Assembly: GCA_051546255.1 (NCBI GenBank)
Contig: CP128815.1
Span: 868,001-932,000, forward strand
Origin: Meyerozyma guilliermondii
Taxonomy: Eukaryota
Length of the DNA: 64,000 bases
Reading direction: 5' to 3'
Of the stretch, positions 52,069-63,000 are shown piece after piece (the first letter of the stretch is position 1; each line of letters begins with the position of its first letter). Below the pieces are notes generated by a model. It did no database searches and was not told where the DNA came from. It worked only from the letters and a program-made list of their open reading frames with translations. A program made the translations under genes and the position numbers.

Positions 52069-53475
52069 ATGGGTTGGTTCGAGCAGATTACTACCGAAAC
52101 TGCCACTCGGTCGCTTCCTACATGGACTCCTTCATCAATACCTGCCCTGACTTCATTATCTTCCATCGATCCAACTAATGCGAACGGACTTTGGGAAACC
52201 GTTCTTTCGGCTTCAGCCGTTGCTATGACTGCCACTGAAACCCCGGTTTTGTACCAGGTGTCAAAAGTGCTCCGAGGAGCTGCCGCTTCGCTCACCATCA
52301 TTGAAGCCGAGAAATACTTGGCAACTGCAAATCCCACCGAGACCGCGAGTATCTCGATGGCCCAGGAGTTGGTTTTCAATGCCACTTTGAACCTCAAGGC
52401 ATTGGAATGGGACCTGAACCTTTATACGAATGCGTTGAATATCCCTGCGAATGCGATTTTTACGGCGTTATTTGGGTTGTTATTTATAGTGTTTGTCGCA
52501 TGGATGTTCACCGGCAAGCAGATTTATTTCGGTGTGTGTTTTGCCTGTGGAACTGTGCTTGAGTTCTGTGGCTATTTTGCTCGCACTCTAGCAGCTAAGG
52601 ACTACGCTAATCCAGACAAATACTTGTGTCAAATCATTTGCTTAACTATGGCACCGGCGTTCATCATGGCAGGAATATACTATATTCTTGGTCAACTCAG
52701 AATTGTCTATGGAAACTATGGCATTCTACCGCCCAGCTGGTACACATACTTGTTCATCTTTTGCGATGTGGTCAGTCTATTTACTCAGGCGGTTGGTGGA
52801 GCCATTGCTGCGACCGAAGTCAGACGTTACATTTTCAGACCAACGGGAACAAATATCATGATTGCTGGTATTTCGTTCCAACTCTTTTCGATGACATTAT
52901 TTGTGATATGCTGGTGCGACATGCTCTTCAAAGCATGCTTTCGAGCCGATCCCAACTTTAAATTCTCATTGGGTCGATGTATGCATTTACTATTAAATAC
53001 CCCCAAGGGCCGCCAATATCGCCAGCAATTGGAACCTTTCTACGACCCAGCATTTGTCGACGTGAGACGAGGGTACCTCTTTGGCTACTTGCCATTGGTG
53101 GTTTCGGCATCAGTTCTCTTTGTCTACATTAGATGTGCATATCGAGTAGCGGAACTCAGTCAAGGTTGGACAGGTTTCTTGATAACCCACGAACAGTTTA
53201 TCATGACATTGGATGCACTCATGGTGTTCTTGGCTTGTGTTTTCTATGTTCCGCTCTACCCTTCACAAATCTTTGGCAATGCAATCAGTTGGCAGGTAAT
53301 GAAGAGACAAAAGCACCATGACCCAAATGGCCCAATTAACGACGAAAAATCCCTCTACAAATGTGATACCAAAACAACTATAGAAAAAGTCGATGAGAAA
53401 TTTCGTACCCATGAACACAGCAACAGTAGAAGCGAAGAGTCGACTGCTTATGACAACGAATCCTTCTACTTTTAA
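52069..53475 (+). CDS. RTA1/Rsb1-family 7-TM lipid-translocating exporter
   Basis: LEFCGYFAR, APAFIMAGIYYILG, FIFCDVVSLFTQAVGGA, IRCAYRVAELSQGWTGFLITHE..LDA. Confidence 0.9.
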   Translation: MGWFEQITTETATRSLPTWTPSSIPALTSLSSIDPTNANGLWETVLSASAVAMTATETPVLYQVSKVLRGAAASLTIIEAEKYLATANPTETASISMAQELVFNATLNLKALEWDLNLYTNALNIPANAIFTALFGLLFIVFVAWMFTGKQIYFGVCFACGTVLEFCGYFARTLAAKDYANPDKYLCQIICLTMAPAFIMAGIYYILGQLRIVYGNYGILPPSWYTYLFIFCDVVSLFTQAVGGAIAATEVRRYIFRPTGTNIMIAGISFQLFSMTLFVICWCDMLFKACFRADPNFKFSLGRCMHLLLNTPKGRQYRQQLEPFYDPAFVDVRRGYLFGYLPLVVSASVLFVYIRCAYRVAELSQGWTGFLITHEQFIMTLDALMVFLACVFYVPLYPSQIFGNAISWQVMKRQKHHDPNGPINDEKSLYKCDTKTTIEKVDEKFRTHEHSNSRSEESTAYDNESFYF

Positions 53476-54180
53476 CGAAACAGTATTATTGAACGACATA
53501 GGCTCTAATAAACTACTACTTGGCTCGTGGGATCCATTCCGGTGCATTTCGAATACAATAAGCATCAGCACATCCACAAGGTTTTACCTTGGTGACATCA
53601 GTTTGTGAATCTTGCACTATTAGACATGGATGGTACATAGGTACCGTCGCCAGTACTTTATCTCGTTTCTGAGGTATATATATGTTTGACAAGTTGTCGG
53701 AGAGCAGCGTTTGATCCATAATAAAGTTTGCGTGAATTGCAGCCTTTTTATACTTGGTTATTGCGCTTATCAGTAGATAAGGCCGCACGCCGCATGGCAG
53801 GTGAGTCAAGAGAATTCCGAGACACCCCGAAATGTACAATTGATGAAGTGGAAGACAGAGATATATATGTCCTTCGTAGCTCTAGTGATTACATTGTAGT
53901 ACTGTAATACATTCTGATTACATGGGCTTCAAAATTCGAATGAGCTTGAGTTCATTGTGAGTCTTTTTTCAAATCGAAGTTCATAAATAGTTCATAAGAC
54001 TCTTAGTAAGGTCACAATATACTTTTGGGTCCCTTCGGGCCCTAAAAGAACCAATTTTATTTCCCAACTTTTCTTCTCCAAACCTTCTTTTACATTTCGT
54101 ATATAAATAGATCCCTACTCAGCCTCATGTCCTGTGCGGCTCCTCCTGTCAAAATGATTTTCGCAAAATGAGCTCTACCC

Positions 54181-55110
54181 ATGACAAGCCCCACCAATGA
54201 GCTGAGTCCCTTCTACAATTATACCCCAGTGCAATGGGTGAATCTTCAATACCTTTGTTTCTACGAATTGCTCTTTTTGGTGGGAATTCTACAACTCATT
54301 AAAAACTATAGAGCCCAACACAATGATATAGATTCCACGAAAAAATTTAAGTATATGGTGATCACAATCCCTTTTCTAGTTGGGTGTATGGTCGAAGGCT
54401 TGGGATATGGAATCCGATACTTGTCAGTGACCCATTCAGAGCTGTTGCTACCATATGTTAGTCTGACTTTTCTCATTTTAAACGCTCCAGCTTTGTATAC
54501 CACATCCATATATATGATGTTTGGAGAAGTTGTACGAATCCTCAATGCTTCAGCATACGCAACTATGCCTTTGAACTACATAACGATCATCTTTGTTGTT
54601 GGAGAAATTATTTCAATGCTACTTGAGTTCATTGGTGCTTGTCTCGTATTATCAAAAAACAGCGGGAACGCATTCTGGGGTCAATTGTTGACCAAATGTT
54701 CCCCCATTTGGCATCTCGGTTGCGTCGCCAGTTTCGTGGTAATCTTATCAGTATTCATGTTCAAATCTTTAAGACTGCCCACTGAAGTTGGCAAGATCCA
54801 AAGTGTCAATTCGTCCATGTGGAACGATTGGAGATTAGTTTTGGTCAGATTGTTGGTTGCAACTTTACTTATTATGGTGAGAAGTATCTATCGCTGTGTC
54901 GAGTTTCTCCAAGGGTTCAATGGCTATGTAATGCAACATGAAGCGTTCGTTTTCATCTTGGATGCGGGCCTGCTTCTCTTGGCTTCTGTTGTCTTACTTT
55001 TTGCTAACACATCGCTGTGGCTCTGTGATCTCAGATACTTCCAAGAAACACTGTTATATCCATCGGAATTAGTCATGGTTAACCGCTACAATAATGAAAT
55101 TATGTTTTAA
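54181..55110 (+). CDS. RTA1-family 7-TM protein (divergent second member)
   Basis: YNYTP, PFLVGCMVEGLGYGIR, APALYTTSIYMMFG, VRSIYRCVEFLQGFNGYVMQHEAFVFILDA. Confidence 0.88.
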   Translation: MTSPTNELSPFYNYTPVQWVNLQYLCFYELLFLVGILQLIKNYRAQHNDIDSTKKFKYMVITIPFLVGCMVEGLGYGIRYLSVTHSELLLPYVSLTFLILNAPALYTTSIYMMFGEVVRILNASAYATMPLNYITIIFVVGEIISMLLEFIGACLVLSKNSGNAFWGQLLTKCSPIWHLGCVASFVVILSVFMFKSLRLPTEVGKIQSVNSSMWNDWRLVLVRLLVATLLIMVRSIYRCVEFLQGFNGYVMQHEAFVFILDAGLLLLASVVLLFANTSLWLCDLRYFQETLLYPSELVMVNRYNNEIMF

Positions 55111-55151
55111 AATCTACAAGTACGACTCGGTATGTTTATGCAATTATGTAC

Positions 55152-55713
55152 TTACTTTTTGCCAGCCTCCTTTGCTTGTTGGTCCTTCAATACTCTCTTG
55201 ACGATCTTTTGTTCCTCAATCAAGAATGCTCTCACAACTCTCTCCTTAACACAGTTAGCACATCTGGATCCACCGTATGCTCTTTGAACGGTCTTGTGGG
55301 TCTTGGAAACTTGAGCGTATTGTCTTGGTCTCAAGGTGGAGATACCTTGCAAAGCATCACCACAGTCACCACACTTTGGTCTGGAGGCTTGTTTCTTGAC
55401 GTGTTGAGCAACGAGCTTTCCACCAGGGGTTTTGACCACCTTGATCTTGTTGGATCTGGTGTTGTCTGTTGTTAGTATTACCGAAGATATAGCTTATCAT
55501 ACCAGCAGCATATTAATTGTGTATCTTAGTTTTAGAGTATCCGAGGTTTAGCACAACATTTGAGGTAGGTTTATGGAGTCTTTGTATCTACAATTTCAAG
55601 CTCTCAAAATATCAAAACAATCAATCGCCACAAAAAACCTCAATCAATTAATCTGGCACCTCTGAAAAGTACATACATGGATTTCTTCTTCTATATGTCA
55701 CACGTTGAGCCAT
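55152..55713 (-). CDS. RPL34: 60S ribosomal protein eL34; exons 55713-55677 and 55465-55152 (116 aa)
   Basis: Spliced [42 protein letters not shown]. Confidence 0.97.
55466..55676 (-). other. 211-nt spliceosomal intron in RPL34
   Basis: GTATGT...TACTAAC-AA-CAG. Confidence 0.93.
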
Positions 55714-55784
55714 ATCGAAGTCAGTCAATAGTTTGCAAGAGACGATCAACTAGTAAAATTTTCAGATGGTACCGTGCGACATGC

Positions 55785-55806
55785 TCACGTGCACTCCTTT
55801 AGGGCT
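55785..55806. promoter_or_regulatory. Cbf1 (TCACGTG) plus Tbf1 (TTAGGGCT) ribosomal-protein promoter module
   Basis: TCACGTG 55785-55791 and TTAGGGCT 55799-55806, 70-95 bp upstream of the RPL34 ATG. Confidence 0.7.
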
Positions 55807-55846
55807 CATAGATTACTATATGCCGGACTTATATAAGGGAACACAC

Positions 55847-56426
55847 CTACAACCTGGAGTCATCTTTTTCCACGGCGATACACTCCATCTCGACGTCGAC
55901 GCCCAATGGCAACTCCTTGACTGCAACACACGAACGCGCAGGTTTGTGCTCGTTAAAATATTTGGCATAGACGCTGTTGAAAGCTCCAAATTGACTCTTC
56001 ATATCGGTCAAAAACACAGTATTTTTGACGATATGGTTCAATGAAGAGTTGGATGCATCCAAGATGTTGGACACATTCTGAAGAATTTGTTCTGCTTGTT
56101 CCTCAATGGAGGGGTTCTCAGACAATGGCTTGTTCTGAGGGGTGTAAGGAATCTGGCCAGAAACGTAGATAAAACCTAAAGTTAGAAAGGTCCAACAAAC
56201 CCTATATGGTACGTAGATAAGGCTGTGATCTATTTATACTTACCGTTCACCTTGATAGCTTGGGAGTATGACGCTGCTGGTGGAGGAGCGTTGGCAGTTT
56301 TGACCTGAGATGTTAGTTTTGCGATTCAAATGGCATTGGCAGAACACTTACAGGTGTGAGAGAGGAGCTGGATCTGGACATAATCTTGGTTTTGAGGAAT
56401 TGGGATTTCAATTGACTTCTAAACAT
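55847..56426 (-). CDS. MMF1: RidA/YjgF imine deaminase; exons 56426-56352, 56304-56244 and 56175-55847
   Basis: Spliced LTP|VKTANAPPPAASYSQAIKVNG|FIYVSGQIP..VKNTVFLTDM..KPARSCVAVKELPLGVDVEMECIA; in-frame ATGs at 56426 and 56381. Confidence 0.93.
56176..56243 (-). other. 68-nt intron 2 of MMF1
   Basis: GTAAGT...TTCTAAC-TT-TAG; removal restores the reading frame. Confidence 0.88.
56305..56351 (-). other. 47-nt intron 1 of MMF1
   Basis: GTAAGT...AACTAAC-ATCT-CAG; removal restores the reading frame. Confidence 0.88.
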
Positions 56427-56525
56427 GATATGATTCACCGCACTTTCTCAACGTTAGTGAGTTCAGTCCTGTATGTGGGTGACTCGAGCTGACTCGGAGG
56501 TGCCTGTTGCACGGCTGCAAAAAAA

Positions 56526-59090
56526 CTACTTCTTCTTCTTGCTCTTTTTCTTCTTCTTTTTCTTCTTACCATCCTTAAACTCTGTCTCGCCATTTATGAA
56601 AGCCTCACTAAATTCGCTTTCCCCCAACCGTGGCTCAGAACTTACACATGATTCAAACACCTCAAACATGGCACCAGCAAAGTAGTCCACTTTACAGAGT
56701 ACGTTAAAGTTGTCAAGATAAAACCTGAGATCCCCAGCAACGATGTCGGCAGGAATGCTCGAGCGAACCTCCGATACCCATACGATCGATGCGATATACT
56801 CTTTCAAACGACCAACATAATTATCGAATTCGTCGCGGATAGCTTTAGAGGTGTTGACGATAGCAACGGTCTCAGCACTGGATTCCCATGACTCGATTTT
56901 GGCCATTGTGGATTCCGAAATACCGTAGTTTCGGGCTTTAGTGGGTGGTTCTTCAACTTTTTCACGAGTTTCGTCTTCAAATCCATTTGCTTGTTCTCGT
57001 ATACCGTCTCTTGCATCGTCATATAAAGCAGAGCTGATTTCGAAATAGAGCGTTCTAGCTTCCTTGACTCTTCCTATCCAGCCAATTAGCAATCCCCGAA
57101 GTTCCGTATTGAAAGTAAAAGGTCCATCACTTCCTAGTGCAATGATTCCTTGTGCTACCAATCGGTTGATCATAAGGCACAACAACAGCATGGTTTTCTT
57201 TGCTACTGATTCTGGGAGTATAACACGATTGCCGTCAAGATCTTCAAACCCATCCACGGCAGCAAAATACTCGCTACATCGAGTGAGAAAGTTATGCAAA
57301 AAAAGCTGTATCTCTCGTTCGTCCAAAATGACTTTACCACCTAAACGACTGAAGGTGTATGCACTATGTTCTTGACGACCACGAAGTCCGGAAACGAGCT
57401 CATAAACGTAGTCGATCATAAGAGGGTTCAAGTTTTGCTCTTTCGATAACAAGTTAAGCGTCTTGCTGCGGGTATAAGGGAACATCATTAGCTCATCCAA
57501 CACACTGCGTGCGAGTTGAGTATTATTTTTGAGGAACAACTCAAAGTTTGTAATGGGAGAAATTGGGAGTAGAAAGAGGTTCTTCTTGCGACACTCTTCT
57601 ATATCTTCTATCGAGGCTGGCATCTTCAAAAATCCTAGCACTATACCTGGATAAAGGTAAAAATGAGTCTCCGACGCAGCATGTTTTGCGTATGCTATCG
57701 AGTTTAGAAGCACTTGGTCCCATGGCAGATCTTGAGCCTTTGACGAGGACAGCGTTTTCAAAATGACAAATTTCAAGTAGTACCCGAGTTCCGTGACATC
57801 ATCGAAAATATATTTGCGTTTATCTTCTTCCGTTGCACTTTCGAACGACTTGATCACCTCTAGAAAAGCGGGTGTGTATTCCATGTTATCACCAATTGCA
57901 ACTGGCTCCAATTGGGAATCATCGATTCCTTGTTTCTCGTCCTCATCCTGGAAACCATCTAGTTCAAACTCGAAAACGTAGCGGATATCCTCATCAAATC
58001 TATCATCGTATTCCAAGTCTACCAACAAATCACCAACAGAACTGATTGCATCTTGTTGAGCTTGCTTTCGATATGAATATGATACCGGTGGTTTTGAGGA
58101 CTGGTTCGAAGTGGAAACAACATGTGAGCCACTTCTAATGATGATTAATGCAATGACAATAAGTCTCATATCAACCCGAAGTGCTCCACAATTGGCCCTA
58201 CGTCGACTCAACGGAAGTACGAACTCCAACAATGGAAGTTCTTTGATATCATATGACCAGTCGACGTCAGGATCTTCTATGGTCTCCAAGTCCAGATTAG
58301 TATCTGGTATATCGACGGAGGGATTCTGGTTGAGAATCCATGCAAGTACGCTTCTAACAGCGCTTGACCCTTCTAGCACATTGTATATTATCTCTGGGGT
58401 CTGGTTTTCGTCTGAATCTTCTTCTTCGTTCTGAAGTTCGATTCGTCGGTCGATTTCCAATGCGAGTAATATGACATTGGTATGGCACTTCCACGATCGA
58501 ACAAGATGGAAAAGATATGGGTTTTTGGTCAAATTATAAGGCTCTTTGGGCGATTCCGGAGCAAATAGCTTGTAAATTGCCACGAGTAGTAAACATGACA
58601 TGGAGTAGTATACCTTGAATTGGCGAGGTCGCAGCTGAACTTCTTTCGAAGGGACCCAATAATGCAAATTTTCGAACCAATGATCCGGCGAGTTATCGAC
58701 GTGTCGCAATTTGAGTTCGTCGTCTGTGTTCAATGTCTCTTGAAGAGCACAATATAACCGGAAATATATGGTTGATAGCGTGAATTTAATGAGATGTACA
58801 CTGCTTGTTTCAAAAAGAAAATGGGGCTTTTGCGATACTTCATGGTATGATAAAGGTATAAGTATATCTGCGAGAAAGTCAAGACTTAATACCTGCTTGT
58901 CGTTATCAGGTGGCTGTTGCAATGGATCACAAAGTGCCACCGTTAATCGGTAAATGGAGTAGTTTAAATCACTTTCCAGGGTCAAACGGCTGAGAGGAGG
59001 ACTCATATATCCCACCCCAGAGGAGTCTGGATTATCCTCGTAGTCCGCTACTATATCCATGTTTTCTATATCTGATTCATCGTCGGTCAT
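56526..59090 (-). CDS. CAF130: CCR4-NOT-associated factor Caf130-like
   Basis: PITNFELFLKNNTQLARSVLDELMM, IDYVYELVSGLR, YTFSRLG, ELRGLLIGWIG..EARTLYF resemble the yeast Caf130 C-terminal region. Confidence 0.7.
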   Translation of the reverse strand: MTDDESDIENMDIVADYEDNPDSSGVGYMSPPLSRLTLESDLNYSIYRLTVALCDPLQQPPDNDKQVLSLDFLADILIPLSYHEVSQKPHFLFETSSVHLIKFTLSTIYFRLYCALQETLNTDDELKLRHVDNSPDHWFENLHYWVPSKEVQLRPRQFKVYYSMSCLLLVAIYKLFAPESPKEPYNLTKNPYLFHLVRSWKCHTNVILLALEIDRRIELQNEEEDSDENQTPEIIYNVLEGSSAVRSVLAWILNQNPSVDIPDTNLDLETIEDPDVDWSYDIKELPLLEFVLPLSRRRANCGALRVDMRLIVIALIIIRSGSHVVSTSNQSSKPPVSYSYRKQAQQDAISSVGDLLVDLEYDDRFDEDIRYVFEFELDGFQDEDEKQGIDDSQLEPVAIGDNMEYTPAFLEVIKSFESATEEDKRKYIFDDVTELGYYLKFVILKTLSSSKAQDLPWDQVLLNSIAYAKHAASETHFYLYPGIVLGFLKMPASIEDIEECRKKNLFLLPISPITNFELFLKNNTQLARSVLDELMMFPYTRSKTLNLLSKEQNLNPLMIDYVYELVSGLRGRQEHSAYTFSRLGGKVILDEREIQLFLHNFLTRCSEYFAAVDGFEDLDGNRVILPESVAKKTMLLLCLMINRLVAQGIIALGSDGPFTFNTELRGLLIGWIGRVKEARTLYFEISSALYDDARDGIREQANGFEDETREKVEEPPTKARNYGISESTMAKIESWESSAETVAIVNTSKAIRDEFDNYVGRLKEYIASIVWVSEVRSSIPADIVAGDLRFYLDNFNVLCKVDYFAGAMFEVFESCVSSEPRLGESEFSEAFINGETEFKDGKKKKKKKKSKKKK

Positions 59091-60052
59091 TTTCGTATCA
59101 TTTGTAGTTGAACTTTACTGTGCGCGAAGAGCGAAATCTTCATATACAAGCCAAAAAGAGTGAGCAAAAGAGAGCAAATTGCAGCCAAGTAGCAGCGAAA
59201 ATAGCAGTCAAAATAGTAGTCGAAATCGTGAGTTGAATTGGCTAGCCATAACGAGGATTGCATTGAAGCTAAGTCCACCACTTATTTTTTTAAGGTGACA
59301 ATGCTGTTTATGAGGCTACAGAACATACGTCGAGAGAATACCCCTTTTCAAGCCTCAGTGATTTCATACACGTAGACTAGCAGCAAAATGCTCTTTGAGT
59401 AACAGTAAAGTTTCACCACCAAAACTGGCTCTCTACTTGTTAAGTGCTAGAGGTATTGTCAAGAACTCTCATGTAAATATTTCAATTGCCATGAAAAGGT
59501 GAACAACTACATTTGGCCACGAAGCCCAAGATAATGTCTTCCAGCACAGACTAAATTTTCAGACTCTTCGCTACTTCTTCAACTCTCCATTCCTCGAATC
59601 AATGGCTCACAATCTACACGTAATAACTCTACAAACACACCAACAATCATTGAAGTTGACATCACAATTTCACCCCAATTTTCCATACAATCTTTAAATC
59701 GGGTTCCAGTCACTAGTCCAAAATCATAAGTTCACAGCCAAAGTTACTGCCATTGTCTCACCATTGTCACTCGTCCTTCACCTTGATCTGTCATAATCAA
59801 TGGCGATCGCTTACGTAACAATAAGGATACGTTGACAAAATCACAGCGTAGCAAATGTTGACACTGACGTTTCATTAGCCAACGGTATTAAGTCAAGCTA
59901 CGCTAAACTTTTTACAAAATAAAAGGCGGTAGTCAATACCTGTATTTTTAAGGAAGTGTATATTAACCTTGAATTCAACTCAATTGCTGCCTCAGTGTTT
60001 TGTTTGATATTGCTAAGTTTCACAACACACGTTATTGTCGATTTCATCCGCC

Positions 60053-63000
60053 ATGAAAATCGAGGAGATTTCCAAGACGTCTACTTTTGCTTGGAATAAT
60101 GATCCCTTGCCATTACTCGCAAGTGGAACCGTGGCTGGTGCAGTAGACGCTGATTTCAGCACGTCGTCGTCCCTTGAAATTTGGGACATTTTCTCCGCTA
60201 CGAACAGTAAGGATCCGATCTTTTCTGCTCTGGTGGATAACCGCTTCTATGCAATCGCATGGTCAAAGCCGTCTGAAGGTAGATCAAAGGGTGTACTCGC
60301 TGGAGCATTCGAAAATGGGACAATTGAATTGTGGGACGTTCAAGAGTTGATCACGTCAAAAGATTTGCAAAAAGCATCCATTTTCAAGTCCTCGGCCCAC
60401 TCGGGGCCCGTGAAGACTCTCCAGTTCAATCCGTTGCAAGAGCATGTTCTTCTTTCTGGTGGATCCAATGGCCAAATATTTGTTTGGGACACCAAAAAAC
60501 TCTCTGATCCCGTTGCCCCAGGCAAGGCTATGACGCCAATGGACGAGATATCGTGTGTGTCATGGAACAATTCTGTAAGCCACATCTTTGCAACCACCGG
60601 AAACTCGGGCTACACTTCAATTTGGGATTTGAAATCAAAACGTGAAGTTCTTCATTTGTCGTACAGCGCCAATTTTTCATGCGTCGCTTGGCATCCAACC
60701 CAATCTACGAAACTTGTAACTGCGACTGGAAACGATAGCGATGCTTTAATCTTGACTTGGGACCTCAAAAATGCTAATGCACCCGAAAAAATCATGCGTG
60801 GTCATAAGAAGGGAATATTGTCCTTGGATTGGTGTAAACAGGATCCAGAAATATTGATTTCGAGTGGTAAGGATAATGCTACCATGTTGTGGAATCCAAT
60901 CAAAGGTGAAAAACTTGGTGAATACCCAACTACGGCCAATTGGGCTTTCCACACCAGATTTGCTCCTGCGGCACCAGAAATTTTTGCAACAGCATCATTT
61001 GATGGAAAGATTGTCATACAATCATTGCAGGACACCTCCCCTCCAATGACTTCAAAGGTGACAACAAAGAACGACAACGACTTCTGGAATGAAATTTCAA
61101 CAACAGAAACTCAACAACCTGTATTTACTGTGCATCAGGCCCCTGCGTGGCTCAAACGTACCCTGAGCGTGTCTTTTGGGTTTGGTTCGAAACTTGTACT
61201 GATAAGCTTAGACTCAGATAGTCACTCTGTTGTGAAGATTCAACCATTTGTAAAGAATGGCGCAGTACTGGAAACTACTTCAAAGTTCAGTCAAGCTCTT
61301 AAAAGCAATGACTTTAAGGATATCATCGAAGCAAGAATCTCGGATGCTAGACACAGCAAGACTGATAAGGCAGATTGGGAGATTTTGCTGAAATTATCTG
61401 GAGTTGGTAAGGAAGGTTTCCTCAAAGAAATTGTTTCTACTGAACATGAGCAGGCCAACGGTAAGAAGCCTGACGTTTCCTCCGAAGATGGCACTGAGCC
61501 TTCACGAAAAGAAGAAGGTGACAATGATTTCTTCGAACAACTTGGTGAGAGTCCAATCAAGTCTATTCCAAACTTTGTTCCCGAAGGGAAATTTTCAATC
61601 GATACAAGTGACCAAAGCGAGGCAGACAAAACAATCATCAAGTTACTTTTATCGAACAAGATCGAAGACGCGATTTCAGCATGTTTGGATCAAAAGAAAT
61701 TGTCTGCTGCCCTTGTCCTTGCTCTTGATGCATCACCAGAGTCCAAGGCTAAAGTAAGAAATGCATACTTTACGAACACAAAAGGTGATGAAATTGCGAG
61801 ATTGATTTATAATGCTTCTTCCAAGAATATTACCGACATTGTGGCCAATGCTGACGTCAAATCTTGGAAGGAGATTGCCGCCGCTATTGCTGCCTTCAGC
61901 ACAGATGAGAGCGATTTGAGCAGTAAAATCACAGAACTTGGTGATAGAATCGTGCAAGCTTCTGAGAACCCAAGCACAGAAGACCGTAATAATGCTATGA
62001 TCTGTTACCTTGCAGGTAATGCTCTTGAAAAGATTGCATCTATTTGGTTGAGGGAATTACCAGAGTATGAAAAATCGCTTTTGGAGTCTCCTGACGATGA
62101 CGTTTCGACTCCCTCTGATGCACACTTCAAGTCACTTAATAATTTCATGGAGAAGCTTCTCGCATACAGGTCTATCACCAAAGCGAATGATACATTGGGA
62201 GGACCTTCAATTGAACCAATTTGCAATGCTATTCTTGAGTACGCAAACTTGGTTGCAGGTTACGGCCAATTTGAGTTGGCGGACAGCTTTTTGCAATTGT
62301 TACCCTCCGATTTTGCTGGTTTGAAAACAGAGAAAGATAGAATCTCTCGTGCGTCTGGCACTAAAGTTCAAGCTTCCAACACCAGAAGTACTACAAGCAA
62401 GGCCACAGCTTCTCGCTCTTATGGAAAATCTCCTGTTCCAGGAGCCTCCGTTCCACCTACACTTCCAGGGAACCAAACATTTGCTCCTGCTGCACTGACC
62501 CCTTATGGGGGTCTAGCTGGTCAACCGGCCGCTAGCAGTGTGTTGACTCCGGCTACTCCTTCGTTCCCATCTATGCCTCAACCACCCCAAGCTCCAGTGT
62601 CGAATAGACCTCCAATTGCTTCGACTCCTTCAATCTACGGGAAGCCAGCGCCAGTGGGAAACCCATACGCACCCCAGGGAGCCACGGCTTTCAACCCTTA
62701 TAAGCCACCAGCTCCAGTTGCTCCTGAACCAGTGTCCGCGCCACCTCCGGCTGTCTCTGGTCCCCCAAAGCCAGCGTACAGGCAAGAGACTGAAGGATGG
62801 AATGATTTACCTGATGCATTCAAACAGAAGACGTCAACCCGTAGGGCAGCCCCAGCGGCAGTGGTGTCCCCCTCTTTGAGTCCAGCTCTTCCAGCTAATA
62901 ACTTTGCACCTCCCAAGCGCAATTCTGCAGTTGCCGGACCCCCACCAAAGGGCAGTAGAAGTAGCTCAAGGACTGCGGTTCCTACTATTCCTACAGCGGC

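Noticed and set aside
59091..60052. ~960-bp gap as host of a hidden gene or ncRNA
   Set aside because: No convincing ORF, splice signals or RNA motifs seen. It contains only bZIP-like ACGT cores (TTACGTAA, TGACGT), consistent with a divergent promoter. An Rfam search would be needed to exclude an ncRNA.
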